Position numbers and translations under genes: made by a program | Source of the DNA: an uncultured Bacteroidales bacterium | GTDB taxonomy: Bacteria > Bacteroidota > Bacteroidia > Bacteroidales > Muribaculaceae | Assembly: GCA_902776435.1 (NCBI GenBank) | Contig: CACYQB010000005.1 | Span: forward strand, 35,234-99,233 | DNA length: 64,000 nucleotides | Reading direction: 5' to 3' | In this document: in pieces, positions 47,323 to 56,071 of the stretch | How the letters are laid out: the number at the start of each line of letters is the position of its first letter | How positions within the stretch are numbered: the stretch's first letter is position 1 | The notes under the pieces: model-generated | What the model saw: the letters and a program-made list of their open reading frames with translations, nothing else | What the model was told of the DNA's origin: nothing | Databases searched by the model: none

Positions 47323-48327
47323 TTATAATTTTAGCAAGAATGCTAGTGGAGTGTGACGGATTGCCTCGGACAGGGCTGCAGAGGCGATTGTATAGAAAAT
47401 AGCTATCATGATAGCGAGTGCTGGGTGTACCGTCAACTCGTTGAGTACAGGGAAAATCCATCCTAGTACAATCATGAGAACTAAATGGAAAATATAAATG
47501 CCTAAGGCGTTATTGGCGAGAAACGAGACGAATCGCTTGAACCAATTTACACTTGTATCATAATCCTTGATGAACAAAAATAACGCCATCGATAGGAACA
47601 ATGCGCCAAAGGTGGGGAAACAGTAATTTCCGCCCTCGAACTGGAAGTGAGTGACATTGACAGTTGCGATTACTTCAATCACAAGCAAGGAGAGACCTGC
47701 TAATGCCAGTGCAATGGCCATCCACGTCTTGCCCTGGTAATCTTTTAGGTAATCACCCATGTACAAATACACCACACCATACAAGGTAAACAAACCTGTT
47801 CGCCAGCAAGGCAAGGTCGTTTCAGGATTGTGTAAGATGACCAAATCCCATCCCAAATTGGCGGCAAATGGATAAATCAACAATGCTGCAACTAAAGCCC
47901 ATCGACACCACTTAGGCAAGTAACTCAACATGTGATTAATCAAATACATGAGAGCCAGCGAAAACAGGAACCAATAAAAGCCCAATGCCGAGATGGAGAA
48001 TTCAGACAAGTCATGGTTGCTCATGGCCTTGAGACACATGATGACCAATGCCCAAAATATGCCTGCCACAATCAACCGTCCGGCCTTAGTGACCGACTTC
48101 TTCAGGTCGTAGTTACGACTAACTGTCAGCGCGCCATTAACCATGAAGAACAAGGGTACACCACAAGCACAGAAGAGCCACAACACCTGCCAAATCGTTG
48201 GATAAAAATAAACGCCGTCTTGGTAGCCAAAATCCACCATCCCAACATGATAGAGGACAACAAAAAAAGCAGCAAGGGCTTTTAACGCGTCATAGCCGAA
48301 AATGCGTTTTTTGCTCACCATTTCCAT
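47323..48327 (-). CDS. Acyltransferase family 3
   Basis: YDALKALAAFFVVLYH, VPLFFMVNG, YWFLFSL, GIYIFH; start at MEMVS. Confidence 0.88.
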   Translation of the reverse strand: MEMVSKKRIFGYDALKALAAFFVVLYHVGMVDFGYQDGVYFYPTIWQVLWLFCACGVPLFFMVNGALTVSRNYDLKKSVTKAGRLIVAGIFWALVIMCLKAMSNHDLSEFSISALGFYWFLFSLALMYLINHMLSYLPKWCRWALVAALLIYPFAANLGWDLVILHNPETTLPCWRTGLFTLYGVVYLYMGDYLKDYQGKTWMAIALALAGLSLLVIEVIATVNVTHFQFEGGNYCFPTFGALFLSMALFLFIKDYDTSVNWFKRFVSFLANNALGIYIFHLVLMIVLGWIFPVLNELTVHPALAIMIAIFYTIASAALSEAIRHTPLAFLLKL

Positions 48328-48331
48328 TTTC

Positions 48332-49255
48332 TCACAGAGTGAATCTCGATAAGTGCCTGGCCAAAAAGTAACTCCTTGAAACCATAAAGGCATACAAACT
48401 CATCTTCATTGACGAGATACCAGTTTTACTTATCAGATGTCCATAACGGCGAACCACCTCCTGAAGCAGTTTGACGCTCGTATTGCGCTTATACCCACTC
48501 AGTGCTGCTGCTCTAAGAATCTGCGTCATCTCACAAGCAAACCTCGCATAAACGATATCTCTGTATTCTGGTTTTGCTTCATCCACATCACGGCAGATCG
48601 CGTCCCAAACAGTATATGCCGAAAATTTCTTGCCATTAAACGATTGACGCGACAGACTGTCCGGGTTTACGCGGTAGTGGTAAAATGATTTGTCAAGCAC
48701 ACAAACACTATCCACACGTTGGAGCACTTGCCATACCATTAATGCGTCTTCGCCGTAACTAACAGTGCTGTCAAATGATAAACCATCAAACAACGATCGC
48801 CTGATCAACTTGTCGCATAATGAACCCCTGAATGTCGTATGCTCAAGGAACAATTTAATGATCTGCTCCTTGGAATAAGTTTCAACTTTGTCGGTGGATT
48901 CTCCATCCAATTTATAAGAGACAATGTCGTAATCGCCTACTGATTGTGCTTGCACCAACGACTCTACTGTATTCAACTCAATCCAGTCGTCACTATCCAC
49001 AAACAGCACCCATTCACCCCTTGCCTTGTCCAACAAGGAATTACGCGTCGAAGCAACGCCGCCATTGGCTTTGCTATATGCCTCAATGCGCTTATCCTCT
49101 CTTGCCAATTCCTGGATGATTTCCCATGAATTGTCAGTAGATCCGTCATTGATGAGGACAATCTGCAGGTCACGATAAGTCTGGCTTGTGAGCGACTGCA
49201 CACATTCCCTCAGGTACGGACCCACATTGTAAACAGGCACAAGAATAGATACCAT
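48332..49255 (-). CDS. Glycosyltransferase family 2
   Basis: VSILVPVYN, INDGSTD, FVDSDD, YGED. Confidence 0.92.
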   Translation of the reverse strand: MVSILVPVYNVGPYLRECVQSLTSQTYRDLQIVLINDGSTDNSWEIIQELAREDKRIEAYSKANGGVASTRNSLLDKARGEWVLFVDSDDWIELNTVESLVQAQSVGDYDIVSYKLDGESTDKVETYSKEQIIKLFLEHTTFRGSLCDKLIRRSLFDGLSFDSTVSYGEDALMVWQVLQRVDSVCVLDKSFYHYRVNPDSLSRQSFNGKKFSAYTVWDAICRDVDEAKPEYRDIVYARFACEMTQILRAAALSGYKRNTSVKLLQEVVRRYGHLISKTGISSMKMSLYAFMVSRSYFLARHLSRFTL

Positions 49256-49256
49256 G

Positions 49257-50468
49257 TCAATCTTTAGATTTGGGGTGTTCAGAAAGCCAACGCTGCTGAG
49301 CCTCCAGTAGGTTATTCAGCAAAGACTCGGCAGCCGCCTTACCATTGAAGTGTGAACGCACGTATTCACAACCAGCATTAGCTATGGATTCCAGTTCTTG
49401 CTGGTGCTCTGGCTGCTGATAGTAACTGATTTTGGCCTTCAGGTCTTCGAGCGTGCCATCATATCCGATGTAATGCACGCCTTCCTTCATGCCATAGTCC
49501 TCATAATAACCGACCGTCTGTCCGATATATGCACAACCGCTCGCCATACCCTCAACAAATCCGATACCCGGAAGGCCAATAATATCTTCCCCGACCACGC
49601 ACATCTTGTAGTCATTAAACTTTTCAACCATGTCAAAAGAATAGTACTTCTTTTGATGGCCAAGGAAGAACTTATCGTGTAACCTATTGATGAATTTGCG
49701 TAATGGGTTGGCCGATGCATTAGTATTAAGAGGCTTGTCCTCAGCAAGATAATCACTATTGTTACAATCCACCCAAGGCTTTAACTCTTCAGCATTATCG
49801 TAAATCTGTTTGCGAGTGGGTTGCAAGCATTGGGTACCGTAATACTTGAGCAGGTATAGCGGATAGGTTATCGTTCCCACCGATACAGCCTTATTTAAAC
49901 GCTCTGCAAACGGCTTAACAGGCTTAAACCTCTCGGCAAAAACAAAGGGAATAACCAAATACTGCTTATTGAACCAGCCAAAGTGCTCATCAAACGCTAT
50001 AAACCGCTTCTGCATGTTGCTCTCATTATACATCAAATCCGGATCCAAAGCTTGGACCTTGGCTGAATTGTCCAAAGAGAAATGCAACTGGCTTGAAGCG
50101 ATAAAAGCGTCAGGACGTTGAGCAAACTCAAATTGAGAGCCGAATAACTGGTAAACAATGACGATATCGTCATGCCTGATATCCTTTTCGTTTTTCAGCA
50201 CCTTTATCTTCCTTTGCGGAATGCCATTTTTCCACAAAGTGATCTTGTGTTCAAGGAAACGGAATGATTGCAGAAAAGGGTTTTGTGTGCTATAGGACAA
50301 TGACAATCCTCGTTTGTTAATATATGAGCATACTTCCACATCTTCACGTGAAAGCAGATAATCCAATATATATTTATGCTTAATGGCAACCGACTGCTTG
50401 AAGATGTACTTATTCAACGTCTTCACCAGAAATTCATTGCCATGCAGATTTACAAAAACAATACGCAT
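49257..50468 (-). CDS. Putative GT-B fold glycosyltransferase (CgeB/Glyco_trans_1_2-like C-terminus)
   Basis: C-terminal FVEGMASGCAYIG...EGVHYIGY...IANAGCEYV; N-terminus not recognised. Confidence 0.6.
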   Translation of the reverse strand: MRIVFVNLHGNEFLVKTLNKYIFKQSVAIKHKYILDYLLSREDVEVCSYINKRGLSLSYSTQNPFLQSFRFLEHKITLWKNGIPQRKIKVLKNEKDIRHDDIVIVYQLFGSQFEFAQRPDAFIASSQLHFSLDNSAKVQALDPDLMYNESNMQKRFIAFDEHFGWFNKQYLVIPFVFAERFKPVKPFAERLNKAVSVGTITYPLYLLKYYGTQCLQPTRKQIYDNAEELKPWVDCNNSDYLAEDKPLNTNASANPLRKFINRLHDKFFLGHQKKYYSFDMVEKFNDYKMCVVGEDIIGLPGIGFVEGMASGCAYIGQTVGYYEDYGMKEGVHYIGYDGTLEDLKAKISYYQQPEHQQELESIANAGCEYVRSHFNGKAAAESLLNNLLEAQQRWLSEHPKSKD

Positions 50469-50521
50469 ATACCTGATTTAAAAATTCATCCAAACTTGAA
50501 TATTAGATTCAAAATCTCTAG

Positions 50522-51262
50522 TCATGCTTTTTCACCAAATTCTTTTCTCAACAGGTCCTCATATTCGGTGGGAACGCCTGAGAAGATCACATCGTTGCGG
50601 TCGATGACGTGAATATGAACCTTTTGTGACTTGGCTATCATGTAATTATACAGAGGCGCAACATAGAGTTCGGCCACGCCAGCGATGGGATGCTCCTGAT
50701 TCTCAAAATAGGCAGCTTGGAACATTTCTGCACTCTTGAAATAGTAGAGCCCTGTAGAGCAGTACTTGGAGATCTCCTTCTTTTCGGCCGTCTCGACAAC
50801 CCGAGTGGAGTTCTCGGACTCTGTTTTGGCATAAGACCAATTCTTACCTGAGCCTACAAACACTTCAAGGTAACCATCCCAATCATCCATGCCTTGCGGG
50901 AACGTGAAGCCTGGACGGAAAGTGTCGATATTAAAAATCAAGATGGGCTCATCATCAGAGATGGATGCCCCTTCAATTCCCTTGAGCACAGTTTCGGCCT
51001 GGCCTTTGGTCGGTGCGGGCAGAATCACAACCTGGAAGTCCTTGATACCCATCAATTCACACTCTTTTTCGATGAATGTTTTGGTATCAAAAACGTCCCT
51101 TGCCACAAACACAAAACGACACGAGTCAAAATAATCCTTGAAACTCGAGACCGCCAGGTTAAACAAACTCCGGTTCTTGATATATAGCATGTACTTGGGC
51201 AGCACATATCCCGCTTGGGTAAAACGGGAACTAAGGCCCGCCATTGGGATGATAATCGTCAT
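50522..51262 (-). CDS. Sugar-phosphate nucleotidyltransferase-like capsule protein (BcbG/KfoH-like)
   Basis: IIIPMAGLSSRF...LPKYML, TKGQAETV, NIDT, EKKEIS, GLYYF. Confidence 0.8.
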   Translation of the reverse strand: MTIIIPMAGLSSRFTQAGYVLPKYMLYIKNRSLFNLAVSSFKDYFDSCRFVFVARDVFDTKTFIEKECELMGIKDFQVVILPAPTKGQAETVLKGIEGASISDDEPILIFNIDTFRPGFTFPQGMDDWDGYLEVFVGSGKNWSYAKTESENSTRVVETAEKKEISKYCSTGLYYFKSAEMFQAAYFENQEHPIAGVAELYVAPLYNYMIAKSQKVHIHVIDRNDVIFSGVPTEYEDLLRKEFGEKA

Positions 51263-52812
51263 TATTTCGTCGATTTTAGTTCAATATACAATCGTAAAGC
51301 ATTGGCCAACATGGCTTTCTGTCGTTCGGGGTTATCCCGATGCAGAGGGAGCATTGACAGAAACAGATGCACCATGATTGGATAGACGTTTAGTTCCTCT
51401 ATATTACAACCTGCAAAGAGCAATGACTTGAACAGTTCTTGTGTCGCCAGGACAGAATCGGTCGTTTCTAATTTCAGGTTGATATCGTAAGGTGCCGACT
51501 CACTGTAATCAAACATTCCAGCGATAATCAGGTCATACAAGCCGACAATCGAATGAGCGAGTTTTGCCACATCATACCTCATGTCGCCATACATCGTGAA
51601 ATTACCGTCATTATCTATGCCACGAGGATCTATCACCTTCACACTCTTAGACTTAAAGTCATAGAGTATATTACTGAAACAAAAGTCTCCATGCATCATG
51701 GTGACAAATTCACGTTTGTCGCGTGCTATCATTTCACCCGTCTCCTGAACAATCTGCAGCAACGAAGGCGTCTGCGTCCCGTTCAGTTTCCACGGTTGGT
51801 CTAAAGAGATGCCAGTTTCTTTTGCATACTCAGTCAGTCGCTTAAGTGTCTTGGGCAAGTACAGTTCATCGTTATTCCTGGCGATTCTTGAGAGTTCCTC
51901 ATCAGAATCAGGTCGGTACTTCGCCAAATCATCGATAAAGAGCCTACACGCGTTCAGGATATCGTTCCATACGAATTGCGGATGCTGGCAGAAGACAAAC
52001 AGATTGGCCAAGGAACTCAAGTAATAATACTCCATCTCATAGAAACCGGTATCACCATTGATGCCGCTGTCCCAAACTGCAGGAGCATAATGCCTCAAGT
52101 TTTTGGGCAAGTTCTGCATCCATTGAGCCTCTGCCATCATCTTATTGATGTCATGGCTGGACTTTTTGAGCGAGAATCGCCCTATATTCAAATCGTTGAA
52201 CACACGTTGAGTAGTCAAGTTTGAAATCGACCGGTAATACGTATTCACCAGGCCGAAATCCATCCAAGAGTCGCTCATGATCCGTTCAAGCGAACGGGTT
52301 TTGCCATATAGTTCAACACCTGCAATGAAAGAACTGTTCTGCTGCGTGATGCACTTGATGAGGTGGGACTGGGAAGAGAAAGCAAAGAACCCTGCAAATA
52401 CCGAACCGCTATCAACCGATGCCCACGCATAGTTATCTTCGGCACGGGCTATCACATAACTGTCGGGCACAAATGACAGATGCCCAAAAAGTGTATCACC
52501 ATGCAGGATATACAACGGCTCGTCAAAATGTCCAGCGCTATTCAGACAATAAATCACAGACTGGCCCAACGACAAACCATCAGGAACCATGATGAGATTC
52601 ACTTGTCCATTTTCAAGCTGCTTCTTGTCATAAGCCGACAACTCGTAAGATTCAGGCAACGAAAGATATATGGGCTCTTCCCTGTCCTTAAACAGCGAGA
52701 GCTGATGCATGTACAGGCGCTTGTTCTGCACCGGCAACATGCATGGTGGCAGCATGCCTAACTCTGAGGCAAGGCTCGGATTAACGTATGCCGCCGATGT
52801 GATGAGAATCAT
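51262..52812 (-). CDS. Capsule protein with degenerate nucleotidyltransferase N-terminus and APH/choline-kinase-like C-terminus (BcbE/KfoE-like)
   Basis: LPPCMLPVQNKRLY; HGDFCFSNIL and VIDPRG kinase motifs; YDVAKL; FLSMLPLH. Confidence 0.75.
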   Translation of the reverse strand: MILITSAAYVNPSLASELGMLPPCMLPVQNKRLYMHQLSLFKDREEPIYLSLPESYELSAYDKKQLENGQVNLIMVPDGLSLGQSVIYCLNSAGHFDEPLYILHGDTLFGHLSFVPDSYVIARAEDNYAWASVDSGSVFAGFFAFSSQSHLIKCITQQNSSFIAGVELYGKTRSLERIMSDSWMDFGLVNTYYRSISNLTTQRVFNDLNIGRFSLKKSSHDINKMMAEAQWMQNLPKNLRHYAPAVWDSGINGDTGFYEMEYYYLSSLANLFVFCQHPQFVWNDILNACRLFIDDLAKYRPDSDEELSRIARNNDELYLPKTLKRLTEYAKETGISLDQPWKLNGTQTPSLLQIVQETGEMIARDKREFVTMMHGDFCFSNILYDFKSKSVKVIDPRGIDNDGNFTMYGDMRYDVAKLAHSIVGLYDLIIAGMFDYSESAPYDINLKLETTDSVLATQELFKSLLFAGCNIEELNVYPIMVHLFLSMLPLHRDNPERQKAMLANALRLYIELKSTK

Positions 52813-53216
52813 ACGAGAGAATGGGTATATTCCTTTTCTTTCTTAAGCATCTCCTTGATTTCCTCATAACTCATGTTATGGAACTCAGAGGGGCGGATGC
52901 TCTTGTCGTCGATATAGAATCCTTCGAAGCCACACCAGGGTTTGCCGACGATCACTTCATCAAAGGGCACATCATTCTTCTGCAGCCAGTTGATGATATT
53001 GGGCAGGGTGTAGATATTGATTTTGCCGACATTCGCCTCATAGGTGCGCATCTGGCGACTCGAGTGGATAATAATCTGGAACCCTTCGGCCTGGTATTTC
53101 TTCAACAGGTCAATGGTGGGTTGTATCGGCTTGCTGTTGAAGTAATCACCATTTTCAGTTACCGAAATCGTATCATCCAGATCGACGATGAGTTTTTTGA
53201 CTTTATTCAAATCCAT
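52809..53216 (-). CDS. Capsule biosynthesis phosphatase, HAD-IIIC (EcbF/BcbF family)
   Basis: LIVDLDDTI, HSSRQMRTY, GKPWCGFEGFYIDDKSIRPSEF. Confidence 0.88.
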   Translation of the reverse strand: MDLNKVKKLIVDLDDTISVTENGDYFNSKPIQPTIDLLKKYQAEGFQIIIHSSRQMRTYEANVGKINIYTLPNIINWLQKNDVPFDEVIVGKPWCGFEGFYIDDKSIRPSEFHNMSYEEIKEMLKKEKEYTHSLV

Positions 53217-53235
53217 ATTAGTTTCTTGTTTTGTT

Positions 53236-54312
53236 TTAATTCAGACTATTTGCCAGGAATTCCATGCTTTTCTTGCGCTCGGAGGCCAATGAAATCCGCA
53301 CCTGGTTCCAATTGATATCATGTGAAGTGATATCCGCTGCCTTCAAATCTGTCACTAGCCTAGTTTCCAATCCTAGGGATTGCAGCATGCCATGAATTCT
53401 CGTGTTGCCCCTATCAGCGTTGCCAATGGTGTAGAAATCACGTCCGAACAGGATACTGAAAACTGTGCCGTGGAACGAGTCGGTCACCACGACCGCAGCT
53501 TTTCTCAGCATAGCCAGCCATTGCTCAACGGTCAAGGTAGAATTCCAACCCGCCGAAAATTGACGAACTTTCAAGCCTCGTTCTGCAGCCAACTGGTTAA
53601 TAAAGGCTTCTTTCTCAGGAGTGACATCCAGGCAATAAACGGCTAAATAGGGCTCTCCCCCATCCCAGCCAGAATCAATGACGGGTTGATAGTCCTTTGC
53701 TTCTAGCAGCATTGTGGGGTCGAGCACACACTGGGCCTCAACATTCAAATGTTCTCGACACAGGTTGACACCACTTAATTCGCGGACCGACACCGCATCG
53801 AACCGCTGCGCCAGCCCAGCACATCCAGCAGTCTGCTCCGCGGTATATTCCCAATTGTCTATACCGAATGATGCAGCATAGGCCACACGTTTCAAATCCA
53901 GCCCTTCGGCAAAACGCAGATACATGTCCTCGAGATGGTCGCCATTGTACTTGGCGCGCCACACCTGGTCACTACCGACAACCAGCGCGTCAAGGCCATA
54001 TTGCTTAACGACTCTGCGCTTATAATGCCACATCACCTTGGTTTTGTTGATATTCTGTTCGATAAAGCGTCCCATCAGTTCGTTGCGCAAGGCCCCTTTA
54101 TAGGGATTCGGCATGTAAGCCTTCTGACCCGTCATGCGCTTGATGATAGCACGCAAACTGTTGAACAAATAGCGAGTCGTGGAATAGCGCTGGTAGGCGT
54201 CAATCGTGATGGGTTCATGCCCTAGTTTCTTGAGCGCCTGCTGCAACGCCCAGTTCTGCAAGATGCCGCCGTAATTCATCTCTAACGGCTGTGTCACGAT
54301 TCCCACACGCAT
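53236..54312 (-). CDS. Polysaccharide pyruvyltransferase family protein
   Basis: NYGGILQNWAL, VGSDQVW, YAASFG, VSVRE, LDPTML, TDSFHGTVFS. Confidence 0.92.
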   Translation of the reverse strand: MRVGIVTQPLEMNYGGILQNWALQQALKKLGHEPITIDAYQRYSTTRYLFNSLRAIIKRMTGQKAYMPNPYKGALRNELMGRFIEQNINKTKVMWHYKRRVVKQYGLDALVVGSDQVWRAKYNGDHLEDMYLRFAEGLDLKRVAYAASFGIDNWEYTAEQTAGCAGLAQRFDAVSVRELSGVNLCREHLNVEAQCVLDPTMLLEAKDYQPVIDSGWDGGEPYLAVYCLDVTPEKEAFINQLAAERGLKVRQFSAGWNSTLTVEQWLAMLRKAAVVVTDSFHGTVFSILFGRDFYTIGNADRGNTRIHGMLQSLGLETRLVTDLKAADITSHDINWNQVRISLASERKKSMEFLANSLN

Positions 54313-54340
54313 ATCGCCCTTGTAACGAAGTTCTCAATTT

Positions 54341-55342
54341 CTAGCTCTGCTTATAACCCTCGCGCTCAAACTGTGAGGCACATTTTTTGGCATGGGCCGA
54401 ATAAATCGGGGCATACAAGGCGGGCACATGATAGAAACAGAGCAATGCCCATTTCTTTGGGAAGCCCAAGTCGGAGTGGAGCAGTTCTTGGGCCGTTTGT
54501 TTATATATATTCCGCGCTTTGGCCTTCACCTGGTTGTAAAGGTTTGTTCCACGAAACTGCAATCGAGTCGTGAGCAGGTACTTGTAAGTATAAAGCAGGC
54601 ACCATGAGCGGTATTTGCGGCATGTTGCCGGTATCTCATCGAGGCACTTCAGATATGTGTCAAGTCGGTTGGCAATAGCAGGGTTCACGCCCTTAGCCTC
54701 TCGGGTGACCGAGGTGGAACGTATGCGGTAGCCATACAACTGACGTTCTATCAGAGAAATCTTCTTCGCCCTCATGGTCACCCGAGTTGTCCACTCGATA
54801 TCCTCGGCAGCAACCGATGCAAACGTCATGCCTTCAATCAGTCCCCGACGATATAACTTGTTCCACACCACGGGATAACCAAATTCGTTCCTTTCGAACA
54901 GGCACCGCATGTAATCCTCCTGGGTAATGATGCGTGTATCGCGTTGCTCGTCAACTGCGGGCGTTGTCACAATGCCATCCTCATCTATTGTATAAGCACG
55001 CACCATTGCCAAGTCGTTGTCTGATGAATCCAGAGCCTGCAGCATCGTTTCCAGCATTTCAGGCTTGATCACATCGTCACCATCGATGAAAATCACATAG
55101 TCTCCATGTGCTTTTTCCAGCCCGTGATTCCTCGCGATACTGATGCCGCCGTTCTCCTGATGGATGACAGTAATGCGTTCATCCCTTGTGGAATAGTCGT
55201 CACATATCGAACCTGAACTGTCTGTAGAGCCATCATCAACGAGAATCAGCTCAAAGTCGGTCAACGTCGAGTTCAAGACGCTGTCGATGCAGTGGGCAAG
55301 GTACTTCTCAATGTTATAGATCGGAACGATGATGGAAATCAC
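54341..55342 (-). CDS. Glycosyltransferase family 2 (first gene of the locus; GTG start uncertain)
   Basis: ISIIVPIYN, VDDGSTD, ARNHGL, FIDGDD, VWNKLY. Confidence 0.9.
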   Translation of the reverse strand: MISIIVPIYNIEKYLAHCIDSVLNSTLTDFELILVDDGSTDSSGSICDDYSTRDERITVIHQENGGISIARNHGLEKAHGDYVIFIDGDDVIKPEMLETMLQALDSSDNDLAMVRAYTIDEDGIVTTPAVDEQRDTRIITQEDYMRCLFERNEFGYPVVWNKLYRRGLIEGMTFASVAAEDIEWTTRVTMRAKKISLIERQLYGYRIRSTSVTREAKGVNPAIANRLDTYLKCLDEIPATCRKYRSWCLLYTYKYLLTTRLQFRGTNLYNQVKAKARNIYKQTAQELLHSDLGFPKKWALLCFYHVPALYAPIYSAHAKKCASQFEREGYKQS

Positions 55343-55573
55343 GGAATCATCACTTTTGGGGCTGATTGGGGCTCAATTCTGCCTCAAGTCAGCAGTAATC
55401 GAAGGTATAGCACAAGGGTCACCGACCCTGAAAGGATCAGCGAACCTGTGGAGATCGGGTAAAGCTGTGGACACTATCGCAGTAGTCATTATCAGCAAGT
55501 TACCTGTGCTATGTCTTGAATAACAGGTTTTCTTTACACGTACGCGCGAACAAAATTCCCATTATTCAAGTTG

Positions 55574-55605
55574 CAAAATTAGGTTTTTTCCGCGACATCT
55601 GCAAA
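55574..55605 (-). promoter_or_regulatory. Bacteroidetes sigma-A promoter of the polysaccharide locus (-33 TTTG, -7 TAATTTTG)
   Basis: TTTG at 55605-55602 and TAATTTTG at 55581-55574, 20-nt spacer. Confidence 0.65.
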
Positions 55606-55928
55606 TTTGCTATCAAAAAAGCACATCCCTGTCATCAATTGTTAAGCCATCTACCTGGCATAAACCTAGCAACACCCCTAATGCAGTTATAAATATTCAA
55701 CAATCGGTCATTCTTAAACCATATTTTCCACGACACAAGAAGCCACCCCATTCAAGTTACAATACCTTCGGTTTCCATGAGGAGCTGTGCCGACGGGAGT
55801 ATAATCATAGTTAATGGTTTCACACCACATAGCCTGCTCGCCTTAATGACCACATGTATTTACAGCCCATTCGCTGATTATTAATTAATTTTTAACACAA
55901 AAATGTTGCAAATCACCAACACGAGGAT

Positions 55929-55936
55929 TAATTTTG
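55929..55936 (+). promoter_or_regulatory. Bacteroidetes -7 promoter element (TAATTTTG) for the LRR gene
   Basis: TAnnTTTG about 135 nt upstream of ATG 56072. Confidence 0.55.
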
Positions 55937-56071
55937 CGTGTTGTACTAATTATAACTTGGGCAAACGAGTGGTAGCTGTATTTTAGTCATTATTCGTTAA
56001 GCCAATTCTTGTTGCTAAAAGAACTTATTAATATCAGTATAAATTTTCAACTATTTTAAAAATCAATTGTT

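Larger units (their letters stand above)
29426..55342 (-). other. Surface polysaccharide (CPS/EPS/O-glycan) biosynthesis locus, Wzy-dependent
   Basis: 27 co-oriented, mostly coupled genes: GTs, Wzy, PglC-like initiator, DegT, acyl-, pyruvyl- and tailoring enzymes; the central part is visibly AT-richer than flanking core genes. Confidence 0.9.

Noticed and set aside
40900-53200. AT-rich block as a mobile element or prophage
   Set aside because: No integrase, transposase, tRNA target or terminal repeats; low GC is typical of exchanged polysaccharide cassettes.
55600-55930. Invertible promoter between the polysaccharide locus and the LRR gene
   Set aside because: No convincing flanking inverted repeats found by eye and no recombinase nearby.
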